The notes under the pieces were generated by a model. The model did not search any database, had not been told where the DNA came from, and saw only the letters and a program-made list of their open reading frames with translations. A program made the translations under genes and the position numbers. From the NCBI GenBank assembly GCA_965207445.1, contig CBDBLX010000002.1, positions 2,391,849 to 2,455,848 of the forward strand: a DNA stretch of 64,000 nt, in the 5' to 3' direction. The DNA is from Nitrosopumilus sp. (GTDB taxonomy: Archaea > Thermoproteota > Nitrososphaeria > Nitrososphaerales > Nitrosopumilaceae). Positions 52,181-62,868 of the stretch are shown piece by piece. Within the stretch, counting starts at the first letter, position 1. Each line of letters begins with the position of its first letter.

Positions 52181-52975
52181 CGACGGATAGATATCAGTTC
52201 TGCGGTTATTCAAGAGTGGGAGAGATTTACGTGTATCTTTGACTTTAGAGATATCAATTTCGACGTATCCTATACCGTGCTGTTGCTTCATGTCAAGCAG
52301 TATCTTGCCATACGGATCAACTGCCATACTATGTCCACAATAAATGTGTCCGATCTGGTCAGGTGCGATCACATAACACCCATTCTCAATCGCACGTGTT
52401 TTGTTTAATGTACGCCAATGTTCTTTTTTCATATATCCATTCACCCACGCAGAAGGGGCCACTAGTACCTCAGAGCCAGATGCAGCAAGTGAGCGTGAAA
52501 TTTCAGGAAATCGTAAATCATAGCACACCATCATGCCAACTCTACCAATTGCAGTTTTAACTGGTTTGGTAATAAAAGCACCCGGTGTCATTTTGTTGGA
52601 TTCTTTGAATCCAAGCGCATCATATAAATGAATTTTTCTATATGTCGATATTACTTTGCCTTTTTTATCAGACACAAACACAGTATCATAAACACGATTG
52701 CGCACATTACTTGTCTCATAAATTGAGCCGATAACTTGTATGTTGTGTTTTTTAGCAGATTTAGAGATGGTAGAGACAAAATTACCAGTTATGGGTTCTG
52801 CCTCTTGTGCAAGTTGATGTGACGTTTGAGACGAGCTCGTATAAAACATCATAAATTCTGGAAAAGCACATAGTGCGGCGCCATTATCAGCTGCTTTTTT
52901 TATATATGATAATATTTTATCAAGATTCTTTTGCTTGTCAGTCGATGCCTTGAATTGAACTATTGCAGCCTTCAA
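52169..52975 (-). CDS. Carbon-nitrogen hydrolase (Nit1-like nitrilase family)
   Basis: FPE, YRKIHLYD, CYDLRFPE, RAIENG. Confidence 0.95.
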   Translation of the reverse strand: MKAAIVQFKASTDKQKNLDKILSYIKKAADNGAALCAFPEFMMFYTSSSQTSHQLAQEAEPITGNFVSTISKSAKKHNIQVIGSIYETSNVRNRVYDTVFVSDKKGKVISTYRKIHLYDALGFKESNKMTPGAFITKPVKTAIGRVGMMVCYDLRFPEISRSLAASGSEVLVAPSAWVNGYMKKEHWRTLNKTRAIENGCYVIAPDQIGHIYCGHSMAVDPYGKILLDMKQQHGIGYVEIDISKVKDTRKSLPLLNNRRTDIYPSLRI

Positions 52976-53093
52976 TGCAACAATACACACAATACACAAT
53001 AAAGGTTTAATCAAAATAATTAGTAATATTAAATTTTTACATACAAGATCATTTTTAGCAATTTAAAATGAATTTGGCTAAAAAATAGAATAG

Positions 53094-53270
53094 TTAGAGT
53101 TGTTTGCCTGCAAGAAACCAATTATCTTTTGAATTCTCATCAAAGACAACGATCACATGCTCTTTTTTTGTCCCGAGTATTTTAACTGCAGATTCGGTCA
53201 AGGATTTTGCAAACTCTTCTTTTTGTTCTTGCGTTCTGCCAGGATACATTGACACCGTAATTAAAGGCAT
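53094..53270 (-). CDS. 4-oxalocrotonate tautomerase-family protein (absent from ORF track)
   Basis: MPLITVSMYPGRTQEQKEEFAKSLT...HVIVVFDE....W..AG; catalytic Pro1. Confidence 0.9.
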   Translation of the reverse strand: MPLITVSMYPGRTQEQKEEFAKSLTESAVKILGTKKEHVIVVFDENSKDNWFLAGKQL

Positions 53271-53301
53271 AACATCATCACTGTACGTTTAGATATATTT
53301 G

Positions 53302-54066
53302 TTAATAGTCAGGTCTGTACCCATATCTTGTACCATACAAGGGTTGTGAATCAAACGCTTTTTTGTATATATAAGCAGTTATCAGACCAATGATAAAGCC
53401 CCCAATATGTGCAAGATATGCAGTTCCACCACCTGCAACACCAAACCCACCTACAAAATATGGCAATAAATTCTGCATGATGAGCCAAAACGGCAAAAAC
53501 CATTTTGCCTGTATATGCAACATAAAATATCCAACAAATGTAAGAATTCGGGCACGAGGAAATAGTACCAGATATGCCCCCAATACGCCAGATATTGCAC
53601 CAGACGCGCCAACTGCCGGAATTACACTAGTCGGGTCACCGTATATGTGTGCTAATCCAGCTATTATTCCCCACGCCAGATATATTCCAAGATATTTGAA
53701 CTTGCCGAACTTTTGTTCTATATTATCACCAAACACCCACAAAAATAACATGTTGCCACCAAAATGTAACAATCCACCGTGCATAAATACAGAACTGAGT
53801 AATGGCAAAAATTGCACGTCATGACATGGTATTGATACTTGACCACCACCAAAATTTATCAATGATGAGGTAGCGCCAGTTATACAATTTGGTACAGCAC
53901 CCCATCCATAAAACATCTCAAAAGCTTTGGAGTTTGTAAAGTCAAATATCTGACCGGTAAAGATAACAGATAGTATAAACACAATAGTATTTGCAATTAT
54001 TAATAATATAGTCATAATAGGTTTAAAGCCTGGAGGATGGGGATTTTCATCTTTTAGTGGAATCAT
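53302..54066 (-). CDS. Rhomboid intramembrane serine protease
   Basis: FMHGG..HFGGNM, VGASGAISG, AHIGG. Confidence 0.95.
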   Translation of the reverse strand: MIPLKDENPHPPGFKPIMTILLIIANTIVFILSVIFTGQIFDFTNSKAFEMFYGWGAVPNCITGATSSLINFGGGQVSIPCHDVQFLPLLSSVFMHGGLLHFGGNMLFLWVFGDNIEQKFGKFKYLGIYLAWGIIAGLAHIYGDPTSVIPAVGASGAISGVLGAYLVLFPRARILTFVGYFMLHIQAKWFLPFWLIMQNLLPYFVGGFGVAGGGTAYLAHIGGFIIGLITAYIYKKAFDSQPLYGTRYGYRPDY

Positions 54067-54335
54067 CTTACGATTTGGCTAGTAGAAATTCTCTAATAAG
54101 ATTTGCCAATTTGAGTCGTAAATTTAACTGTGTAAGTTTAATTGTTTACGCTTGTCATTGCACATGATTTTGTACGATAAATTCTGCTACTAGAAATATT
54201 AAAAGTACATATTGTATAAAAATACTCATTAGTGCAACATCCAATTATCCGTGTGAACCAAGCTCTTTGGACGCAATAATGAAATCATATACTTGTATTT
54301 GGTGTGTATGTCATTGTTACGACTGGTGTATTTGT
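53942..54335 (+). repeat. Host segment duplicated at 54484-54882 (rhomboid 5' end and upstream region)
   Basis: Near-identical copies; copy 2 has a 5-bp ACGAT insertion. Confidence 0.95.
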
Positions 54336-54341
54336 TATATA

Positions 54342-54955
54342 TAGTTTCATTAAAGATCCGATAGTTTTTAGACATTGTTATAATCATATATTTGGAAATC
54401 AAGCAGGCCCCAGTTGTAATCCATACATGCTCCATGTAAAGTGCCAGCCGTGTATTCAGGCGTGGCAAAAAGTATGTGGAATATCAAATATCTGACCGGT
54501 AAAGATAACAGATAGTATAAACACAATAGTATTTGCAATTATTAATAATATAGTCATAATAGGTTTAAAGCCTGGAGGATGGGGATTTTCATCTTTTAGT
54601 GGAATCATCTTACGATTTGACGATGCTAGTAGAAATTCTCTAATAAGATTTGCCAATTTGAGTCGTAAATTTAACTGTGTAAGTTTAATTGTTTACGCTT
54701 GTCATTGCACATGATTTTGTACGATAAATTCTGCTACTAGAAATATTAAAAGTACATATTGTATAAAAATACTCATTAGTGCAACATCCAATTATCCGTG
54801 TGAACCAAGCTCTTTGGACGCAATAATGAAATCATATACTTGTATTTGGTGTGTATGTCATTGTTACGACTGGTGTATTTGTATCTGCTACACATAGTGC
54901 CAATTACGTCTATTTTTCCACTCAGTACACAACTGCCTATATCTTTAATGAAACT
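54342..54955. mobile_element. Non-autonomous IS630 derivative carrying captured host DNA
   Basis: 54344-54478 matches IS 8796-8950; 54881-54954 matches IS 10355-10454; ends GTTTCATTAAAGAT / ATCTTTAATGAAAC. Confidence 0.85.
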
Positions 54956-54968
54956 GGCACTTGTTGTT

Positions 54969-55009
54969 GTATTGCGGCATGTATTGCGGCATGTATTGCG
55001 GCATGTATT
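54969..55009. repeat. 12-bp tandem repeat x3.4
   Basis: GTATTGCGGCAT units. Confidence 0.9.
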
Positions 55010-55089
55010 TTATATACATATACTAAATATTTAATTTATAATAATACAGTCATAGAGATGTGTCACGTTGAATAATAATAATAATAAAA

Positions 55090-56715
55090 TTACATTGGTG
55101 GTGCGCCAGGTGGTCCACCGCCAGGTGCACCTGAAACTGCAATAACATCATCAATCCTCAAGATCATGCATGCTGCCTCAGTAGCAGATTTGATTATCTG
55201 CTCTTTGACTGCGACAGGTTCAACAATATCAAGTTCAAACATATCACCGATTTCTGTGTTGCGTGCATCAATTCCAGTACTCTTGTTACCTTGGTCTTGT
55301 CTAGCCCTTAAAGTTGCCATTGTATCAATAGGATCCATTCCTGCATTTTCTGCAATTGTAAGTGGGATTGCCTCGAGTGCTTCTGCAAACTTTTTGATTG
55401 CAAGTTGTTCTCTACCATCAAAACTATCTGCCCATATCTTTAATTGTGATGCAACGTATGCTTCTGGTGCACCTCCACCTGCGACAATGGCAGGTTTCTC
55501 AATAACATCCTTTGTTACCATCAATGCATCATGAATAGAACGATCAACCTCATCTACAACTCGTTGTGAGCCACCTCTAATCAGCAACGATACAGAACGT
55601 GCATCCTTGCACCCTTCAATGAATACCCACTTGTCAGACTCTACTTTACGCTGTTGTGCCAAGCCTGCAATACCCAAGTCTTTTGCAGATAGATCGTCAA
55701 TATTACTAGTGACACGTCCACCAGTTGCTTTTGCTAGTTTGGTCATATCACTTTCCTTTACACGACGAATTGCCATTATTCCGTGTTTTGCCAAGTAATG
55801 TTGTGCGATATCATCAATACCTTTTTGACATATTACCACATTTGCGCCAGCATCTTTGATCTTGTTAACCATATCACGTAACATACGATTTTCCTCCTCC
55901 AAGAATAGCTGCATCTGAGTAGGATCAGATATACGAATCTCAGAGCTCATCTCTGTCTTTTCAATCTCAAGGGCAGTATCCACAAGTGCAATTTTTGCAT
56001 CTGTAATCTTTGATGGCATGCCACTATGTACAATCTCTTTATCCAGTACAATGCCATTAACAACTTGTGTGTCATGTATAGAACCACCAGCCTTTTTCTC
56101 TACCTTTATGTTATCCAAATCAACCACATACGAGTCACCAGACTGTTCTGCAATACTTAGTATTGCATCTACAACTACATCTGCTAGCTCTGTACTATCC
56201 TCAGATATTAGTTTGGACTCCATGCTAGTCTTTGCAATTTTTATTAGTTCATTACGATCATCAGGTTTTATCGTCTTTGCCATCTTTGAGTAAATTTCAA
56301 GTGCCTTTTCTGATGCGGCTTGAAATCCTTCTATTATGGTAGAAGAGTGAACGTCTTTTTTAAGTAAATCTTCGGCTCTGCCCAACAGAGTACCACCAAA
56401 TACAACAGATGATGTAGTACCGTCACCGACTTCATTGTCCACAGTCTTTGATATCTCTACAATCATCTTTGCAGCAGGATGTTGTACATCAATCTCTTTT
56501 AGTATTGTAGCACCGTCATTTGTTATAGTGACATCTCCTAATGAGTCAACTAGCATCTTGTCAAGTCCTCTTGGTCCTAGACTACTCTTGACCAACTCTG
56601 CTACTAGTTTTGCAGCAGTAATGTTGTTTTGTTGAGCATCCTTGCCTTTTTGCTGTAGGGCACTCTCCTTTAGAACTAGTACCGGTCCGTTTGGTCCTTG
56701 CTGTATTGACGCCAT
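55090..56715 (-). CDS. ths: Thermosome (group II chaperonin) subunit
   Basis: [36 protein letters not shown]. Confidence 0.98.
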   Translation of the reverse strand: MASIQQGPNGPVLVLKESALQQKGKDAQQNNITAAKLVAELVKSSLGPRGLDKMLVDSLGDVTITNDGATILKEIDVQHPAAKMIVEISKTVDNEVGDGTTSSVVFGGTLLGRAEDLLKKDVHSSTIIEGFQAASEKALEIYSKMAKTIKPDDRNELIKIAKTSMESKLISEDSTELADVVVDAILSIAEQSGDSYVVDLDNIKVEKKAGGSIHDTQVVNGIVLDKEIVHSGMPSKITDAKIALVDTALEIEKTEMSSEIRISDPTQMQLFLEEENRMLRDMVNKIKDAGANVVICQKGIDDIAQHYLAKHGIMAIRRVKESDMTKLAKATGGRVTSNIDDLSAKDLGIAGLAQQRKVESDKWVFIEGCKDARSVSLLIRGGSQRVVDEVDRSIHDALMVTKDVIEKPAIVAGGGAPEAYVASQLKIWADSFDGREQLAIKKFAEALEAIPLTIAENAGMDPIDTMATLRARQDQGNKSTGIDARNTEIGDMFELDIVEPVAVKEQIIKSATEAACMILRIDDVIAVSGAPGGGPPGAPPM

Positions 56716-56925
56716 ATTACAAAAATTGTGGCGAAATAACCCCTTTTTTAATATTACTTAAGCAGAATATAATCATATATAGAGTAATTTTGGAGTCAAA
56801 AACCACACATTGAGTAAAAAATTTGAGTAGATGCATATGATAACCAGCAAAACAATGCACATGTTATGTGATGATTATTGGAATAATTATAATATGATCA
56901 AATTACCCAAAATATACCATAATAA

Positions 56926-58779
56926 TCAATCATATATTAGTGGCTTTATCTTTGTCTTACGCTTTACATCTATCATACCACCATCAGACGTGATTCTGAT
57001 TGCAGGCAACGCTAAAAATGGTAAAAAGAGTGGTATCAGTATAGGATTCTTAAAGCGGCACCCCGCATCTGCAAATGCATCATTTATCTGCGACTGTTGC
57101 TCTAATACACAATCAAAAGGTTTAGTCGATACAATTCCTGCAAACTCAAGTGGCATAGAGGCGATGATCTTACCATGATTTGATACTGCCACACCTCCAT
57201 TGCAACGTTTCAGATGATTTGCCACAAGAGCCATATCATTGTCATTTGAACCAATTACAATCATGTCGTTTTCATGAAATGACCATGTACTTGCAAATGC
57301 TCCAATATCACATCCAAGCCCCTGTAAAAATCCAATCGAAGATTTAGGTTTGTGGTTTGTAGTGCGGTTTGCAGTGCGGTTTGCAGTGCGGTTTGCAGTG
57401 TGGTTTGTAGTGTGATACACACGCCTAATTGCTGCCACTTTCCATATATCAGAATCATCGATATCCTCAGATATGATAACTCTGTTGTGCTCATCAATAT
57501 CAATATCAATCAAACCAGCGCCTGTTATAATCTCAGTTTTTAGTATGATGGTATTTGCTCTGATAGGTTTTCTCTTTGATACAATCTCAAAATCACGTGC
57601 ATTCATCTTTGGAATCTGAACTGTACGTTTGATCCAAGGTGGTATGCGTTTTAAAGGAATATCTATTACAAGTTTTCCATTATGCACAACAACATTACCA
57701 CCCACCATTACGATATCTGGTTTAAACGATATGTCATCTTTTAACACAAGTATATCAGCAAATCTTCCAGGCGCAATACCACCAAAATCGCGTTCCAATT
57801 TATAATAGTCAAAGACGTTTCTAGTTGCCATTATAATCGCATCAATAGGTCTTACACCAAGTTTAACTGCCTCACTTACACAATAATCAATATGTCCATA
57901 CTTTCTGATTGCACTAGGATCAAGTCCATCAGAACAAAACATCAATCTATCAATATACGTCTTATTTGATAATAGTCTAGTTATGATTGTAGCCAAATCA
58001 CGACGAATAGATCCTTCACGTATCATCACCCACATGCCTAGTCTCAATCGTTGTATGACTTGATCAAAGTCTATAGGTTCATGGCATGACAATATTCCAG
58101 ATGCAATATACGCCTCTAATTTCTTCTCAGAGGTACCAGCAGTATGACCATTTATTATATAGTTGTGGCGTATCATATTTGCCATGGAATTGATAGTATG
58201 CGAGTCTTGTTGTGTCACTTTGGTCCATGAAAAAACCTCACCCATTCCGACTACATCAGAATTATCTTTGATAAGTTTGATCTGTTTTGATGAAGATAAT
58301 GCTCCGTTGTCATTACGGCGGCCAAGTAAAGGCTCAACAGGTAATCCACCTGGCACAGTCTGAAATATTCGAATTGGTAAATTGCGTCCTGCATTCAAAA
58401 ATGCTTCAAATCCTCTATATCCTGCTACATTTGTGACATCTATTGGATCAGAGAAGAGTGCAGTCACGCCACACAATAGTGCTTCTTTGGCAAACTCAGA
58501 TGGCATTACGAACTGATCTATATGTAGATGTGGGTCAGCAAAACCTGGACAGACATATCTGTTTTTGGCATCAATGATCTTTGTGTCCGGTCCCCTTGTG
58601 TGTGATGCATCACACCCCACATAAGATATTCTGTCCTTGTGTATTGCAATTTGCATATTGTGTAATATTTCGCCGGTGTATACTGAGAATATAGTACAAT
58701 TAGTTAGTATGGTTGTAGAAGGTATCTCACCCAAGGCAGCAGATATACTGTTTTGTATTGTAGAATGCTCAAAAGCCAC
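56926..58779 (-). CDS. ade: Adenine deaminase
   Basis: PGFADPHLH, GH, SCHE, MIREGS, FCSDG, GIAPGRFAD. Confidence 0.9.
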   Translation of the reverse strand: MAFEHSTIQNSISAALGEIPSTTILTNCTIFSVYTGEILHNMQIAIHKDRISYVGCDASHTRGPDTKIIDAKNRYVCPGFADPHLHIDQFVMPSEFAKEALLCGVTALFSDPIDVTNVAGYRGFEAFLNAGRNLPIRIFQTVPGGLPVEPLLGRRNDNGALSSSKQIKLIKDNSDVVGMGEVFSWTKVTQQDSHTINSMANMIRHNYIINGHTAGTSEKKLEAYIASGILSCHEPIDFDQVIQRLRLGMWVMIREGSIRRDLATIITRLLSNKTYIDRLMFCSDGLDPSAIRKYGHIDYCVSEAVKLGVRPIDAIIMATRNVFDYYKLERDFGGIAPGRFADILVLKDDISFKPDIVMVGGNVVVHNGKLVIDIPLKRIPPWIKRTVQIPKMNARDFEIVSKRKPIRANTIILKTEIITGAGLIDIDIDEHNRVIISEDIDDSDIWKVAAIRRVYHTTNHTANRTANRTANRTTNHKPKSSIGFLQGLGCDIGAFASTWSFHENDMIVIGSNDNDMALVANHLKRCNGGVAVSNHGKIIASMPLEFAGIVSTKPFDCVLEQQSQINDAFADAGCRFKNPILIPLFLPFLALPAIRITSDGGMIDVKRKTKIKPLIYD

Positions 58780-58882
58780 GCATATGCTATGACATGGATC
58801 TATTTATTTTCAGTTTTAAGGCCTCTTTATACTATAACCACACAATCCAATGCTTAAATTACGGTTAAAAAGGTGGCATCTC

Positions 58883-59164
58883 ATGAACATTCCCAAAGTC
58901 ATCCGCAAATACTGCGCCAAATGCAAGACACATGCAGAACACAAAGTCTCAATATACAAAGCAGGTAAGAGACGCGGGTCGGCTAGAGGAGAACGTAGAC
59001 ATGCTGAGCGTAAAAAAGGATACGGAGGCCAAAAGTTTCCTAAGCTTGCAAAGCCTGCAAAGGTGACAAAAAAGGTCACACCATTGTTGACATGCACATC
59101 ATGCAAGAAAAAGTTCAACAAGCCAGGAATACGTATAAAGAAATTTGAGTTGGTGGCAACATGA
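58883..59164 (+). CDS. rpl44e: 50S ribosomal protein L44e
   Basis: YCAKCKTH, KGYGGQKFP, KVTKK, CTSC. Confidence 0.97.
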   Translation: MNIPKVIRKYCAKCKTHAEHKVSIYKAGKRRGSARGERRHAERKKGYGGQKFPKLAKPAKVTKKVTPLLTCTSCKKKFNKPGIRIKKFELVAT

Positions 59165-59397
59165 AAAAAAATCACATTGATATTCCAATCCCATCTAGTA
59201 AGTTTTACAAACTAGAGTGCTCAGAGTGTACTGAGATACAAGTAGTATACTCACACGCCACAACACAAGTATTTTGCAACCAGTGTGGGAGTCCGCTTGC
59301 AACACCATCAGGATCAAAATCAAATTTAGCAGGAAAGATCAAAGGGGCAGTTGATACCACTATAATAGATATTACTACACAAACAATAGAGAAATAA
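59161..59397 (+). CDS. rps27e: 30S ribosomal protein S27e
   Basis: PSSKF..LECSEC..QVVYSHA...CNQCG..LA.PSG. Confidence 0.95.
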   Translation: MKKNHIDIPIPSSKFYKLECSECTEIQVVYSHATTQVFCNQCGSPLATPSGSKSNLAGKIKGAVDTTIIDITTQTIEK

Positions 59398-60144
59398 TTA
59401 CAATTGTGTAGAGTTTTCAATGTATGTTGTATAGTCATTTGCAGTGTTAATTGAGATTGTAATTCTGTGATCATCTATTATGACATGTCGTTGAGGCAAT
59501 TCATCGCATGTAGATGAGCCAACACAATTGAGATCCACAATAGATATGCCAGTGTAATAACAATATGTGCCATTATGATTATTATTAGTAGTATAATTAT
59601 TTACAAAAACCTCATACTCAAACTCACGGTTCCACAGTGTTGCATATGATTTTGATACAACAATACATGTGCACATGTTTTTTGCATAATGATTGGCAAT
59701 ACGTAAAATTATTGCAGTATCTAAAAATGGCATATCACCAGATACAACAAGAGCACCCATATCACCATCACATGTATTTGTATCATGTGAGATTACATGT
59801 AATGCGTCTTTCAAGTCTTGAGAGTATCCTGTCCCTTTTGAGTCAATTATACTGACAAGTGGATGGTCTCCATACGTCTCATAAATTTTGTTTTGAGTTG
59901 CAGGGGCATTTTTATTAGATGTTATGACAAAGATTTTACTCATACAGCCAGAACTCAAAAGTGTATCTATTACATGTGCAACTAGTGGTTTTTTAGAAGA
60001 TGTAAAAGATGGGGCACAAAAAAGTAATTTTTCTATATTGCCATCTTTGTAAAATGATTTGATTTTGTTAATAGTAGTAGTAGTAGTAGTAGTAGCAATA
60101 TTGATTCTACTACCCTTCCCACCTGCCATTACAATGCCGATCAT
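59398..60144 (-). CDS. cobY: Adenosylcobinamide-phosphate guanylyltransferase (CobY-like)
   Basis: MAGGKGSR, EK, G.GYSQDL, SGDMP, INT..D; cob cluster context. Confidence 0.8.
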   Translation of the reverse strand: MIGIVMAGGKGSRINIATTTTTTTINKIKSFYKDGNIEKLLFCAPSFTSSKKPLVAHVIDTLLSSGCMSKIFVITSNKNAPATQNKIYETYGDHPLVSIIDSKGTGYSQDLKDALHVISHDTNTCDGDMGALVVSGDMPFLDTAIILRIANHYAKNMCTCIVVSKSYATLWNREFEYEVFVNNYTTNNNHNGTYCYYTGISIVDLNCVGSSTCDELPQRHVIIDDHRITISINTANDYTTYIENSTQL

Positions 60145-60941
60145 ATAGATACGAACACCGCCAAAACAAAAATACGTACAATATCATTTGTAGCTCCAAT
60201 CACATCACCTGTAATACCTCCAAAACAACGCTTGGCAACATATGCCAAAGATATAGGGATTATCAATACTGTCGCTGTCACTAAAATTATACCATAAAAC
60301 CACACACCATCAAACACAAACATAATCATAGTAATAACTGCAATAGTAATTGCAATAGTAATTGCAATAGATGCCATCATCTTACGTCTGTCTGTCTGTA
60401 TTGCATTTGCAAACAAGAAACCGGTCCCATTTCCAACAGGTTTGCCGACCACACTTATTACAACCATTGAGAACTTTGCCAAGGTCTCTGCAAGTATTAT
60501 ACCAAATAGTACATGTATGCTAGATGATGTAAAGAGAGACAATGTAATTACAAGTCCTGCAATAGAGAGTACAACTGCTACAATACCACCTGTTCCAGTT
60601 GTACGATCTTTCATAGCATCTAGTTTACGTTTGTGATCTCCACGAGCCATTAAACCATCTGCCATGTCGGCCAGACCATCTGTGTGATGTAATCCAGTAA
60701 TTACAAGTAAAACAGCAGATACCAGCAATCCTGCAAGCAACGGTTCTACTATTTCAAATACCCCCCATGCAAACAACCCAACCACAAGTCCAATTGTAGC
60801 ACCTACAACTGGAAAGAGATGCATGCTTCTCGCAGCACTATGAAGACTCACACAAGAATTCCCTGGCATGGGTATGATACTAAGAAATGCAAACACTGAT
60901 GCAAGTCCGCCCAATTTTCGAATTGTAAAAGAGTCTGTCAT
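60141..60941 (-). CDS. cobS: Cobalamin 5'-phosphate synthase
   Basis: TGLHHTDGLADMADG, MKD..TG, FGGITGDVIGA. Confidence 0.95.
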   Translation of the reverse strand: MTDSFTIRKLGGLASVFAFLSIIPMPGNSCVSLHSAARSMHLFPVVGATIGLVVGLFAWGVFEIVEPLLAGLLVSAVLLVITGLHHTDGLADMADGLMARGDHKRKLDAMKDRTTGTGGIVAVVLSIAGLVITLSLFTSSSIHVLFGIILAETLAKFSMVVISVVGKPVGNGTGFLFANAIQTDRRKMMASIAITIAITIAVITMIMFVFDGVWFYGIILVTATVLIIPISLAYVAKRCFGGITGDVIGATNDIVRIFVLAVFVSI

Positions 60942-60991
60942 TGTGTATCTCCATCAACCATACTTTCTAAGTATATGTAAACTATCAATCA

Positions 60992-62008
60992 TCACAAAAA
61001 ATAACGTCCAAATATCACACCATACAAGAATCCAAGCGGCAAGACCACACCTATGGTAAACAAAAGTATGCTAGTCTTCATTAGCATAACAGCACGAGAC
61101 ACATCATCAAGCATCGGAGCATCACCATTAGCACATAATGTATACTGTCCGCTCTTCTCAAGTTTAATGTTCAATGCTCCTGCCAGAGTTGCCATAGGAT
61201 ATCCAGAATTACGTGATGCAGTTGCATTACCATCACGTATCATAACACGATACGACTGTCTCCAATCATACTTGAGTAAAAACGCAGCACCTATCATTGA
61301 TAGAGCTGTAAGCCTAGCAGGCAGATAGTTCAATATTGTATCTGCATGTGCAGCAAACCATCCCAAATTCTTAAACATATCACTTTGATACCCGATCATA
61401 GAATCCGCAGTATTTATTACGCGATGTGCAAATGCCCCAGGTAGTCCAAACAGTCCATAATAAAATAAAGAGCCCGTCACTCCATCAACTGTATTCTCAG
61501 CTATACTCTCAAGCACACCTGATATGATATGTCTCTGATCAAGTTTACTTGTATCCCTCTTTACGATCATCGAAAGATTATTCCTTGCACGTGTCATATC
61601 ATTATCATGTAATGATTCGATTACCGCATTAGCATACTTTTGCATACCGCGTATTGCAATTGTGCATTTTAATAGTATACAACTTATCAATACCGATACA
61701 AACGTATACGCAATAGCATCAAATATCATATTATGTGAATTATGCAGATAACTAGTATCACCCATACTAATCACAAAAAAGAACAATGACACTGCAGATA
61801 CTACAACCATAACAACTATAACAACTGTTATTATTCCTCCAAGCCGCTCTACTCTAAATCCACGACATGCAAAACACGATACTAGAATTGATAAAAGACG
61901 GCCCATCCATGCCGTAGGATGAAAACGATTTCTCGGATCACCAAATGCCAAGTCAAGTACAATTGCACCAAATACGACAAGACCAAACTCAAAAAAAAAC
62001 ATCATCAT
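60992..62008 (-). CDS. cbiB: Adenosylcobinamide-phosphate synthase
   Basis: GDP...HP..WMG, ESIAEN.VDG, NTADSMIGY, PARL, NSGYPM. Confidence 0.95.
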   Translation of the reverse strand: MMMFFFEFGLVVFGAIVLDLAFGDPRNRFHPTAWMGRLLSILVSCFACRGFRVERLGGIITVVIVVMVVVSAVSLFFFVISMGDTSYLHNSHNMIFDAIAYTFVSVLISCILLKCTIAIRGMQKYANAVIESLHDNDMTRARNNLSMIVKRDTSKLDQRHIISGVLESIAENTVDGVTGSLFYYGLFGLPGAFAHRVINTADSMIGYQSDMFKNLGWFAAHADTILNYLPARLTALSMIGAAFLLKYDWRQSYRVMIRDGNATASRNSGYPMATLAGALNIKLEKSGQYTLCANGDAPMLDDVSRAVMLMKTSILLFTIGVVLPLGFLYGVIFGRYFL

Positions 62009-62868
62009 TACGTTATCATCTCCAAGATTTGATCAATCTCAAGATGGGCTTTAACATTTTTTGCAAGTGTATGTAATCCCTGCTCTACATATGATGGTAC
62101 ATCACCAGTACTCCAGCGAGGCGCATCATCACGCGCATCAAGTGAATCCTCATCAGGAATACCAGTCAAGTCATCTAATACAGGAACCGTTCCGAGTGTG
62201 GGTACATTTGTGATATTATACAATGTATCATATCCTGGTTTTAGTATAGACTCGTCACCACGAAATTTGTTGAATACGAATCCCTTGACTAGACGAGCAT
62301 CTTTATCAGGTAACAACTGCATTGTACCTGCAAGGGCTGCAAATGCCCCCCCTCGCTCAATATCACAAACCAAAATGACAGCAGCATCATTTACCATATG
62401 TGCCATCTTCATGTTTGCTATATCGTATTTGACCAAGTTTATCTCAACAGGAGATCCTGCACCTTCCAATACCACAACATCATACATGGCACTCAATGAA
62501 CTCAACGACTCAGATGCAACTTTCAACCCATCAGTTAGTACAAAATTATTATAATAGGTGACAGAGTCCATCACGTCATACAGACGACCATTGACGTATA
62601 CTTCACTTGTCATAGCACCTTTTATTGGCTTTAACAGTATGGGATTCAAGTGTGTGGTTATATTACATCTAGCTGCTGCTGCTTGCACTGCTTGGGCAGA
62701 TGATATCTCCAGATCACGTATATGGTAAGAGTGTCTTGACATGTTCTGTGATTTGAATGGTGCCACTGTATACCCAAAGTCAGAGAGTATGCGACACAAT
62801 GCAGCAGTAATAGTGCTTTTGCCTGCACCAGACGATGTTCCTTGTATCATTATGTGTCTTGCAGTCAT
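62008..62868 (-). CDS. cbiP: Cobyric acid synthase, synthetase domain only
   Basis: QGTSSGAGKS, PFKSQNMS, NPILLKP, EGAGSP.EINL, DIERGG, NKFRGD, EDS. Confidence 0.92.
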   Translation of the reverse strand: MTARHIMIQGTSSGAGKSTITAALCRILSDFGYTVAPFKSQNMSRHSYHIRDLEISSAQAVQAAAARCNITTHLNPILLKPIKGAMTSEVYVNGRLYDVMDSVTYYNNFVLTDGLKVASESLSSLSAMYDVVVLEGAGSPVEINLVKYDIANMKMAHMVNDAAVILVCDIERGGAFAALAGTMQLLPDKDARLVKGFVFNKFRGDESILKPGYDTLYNITNVPTLGTVPVLDDLTGIPDEDSLDARDDAPRWSTGDVPSYVEQGLHTLAKNVKAHLEIDQILEMIT

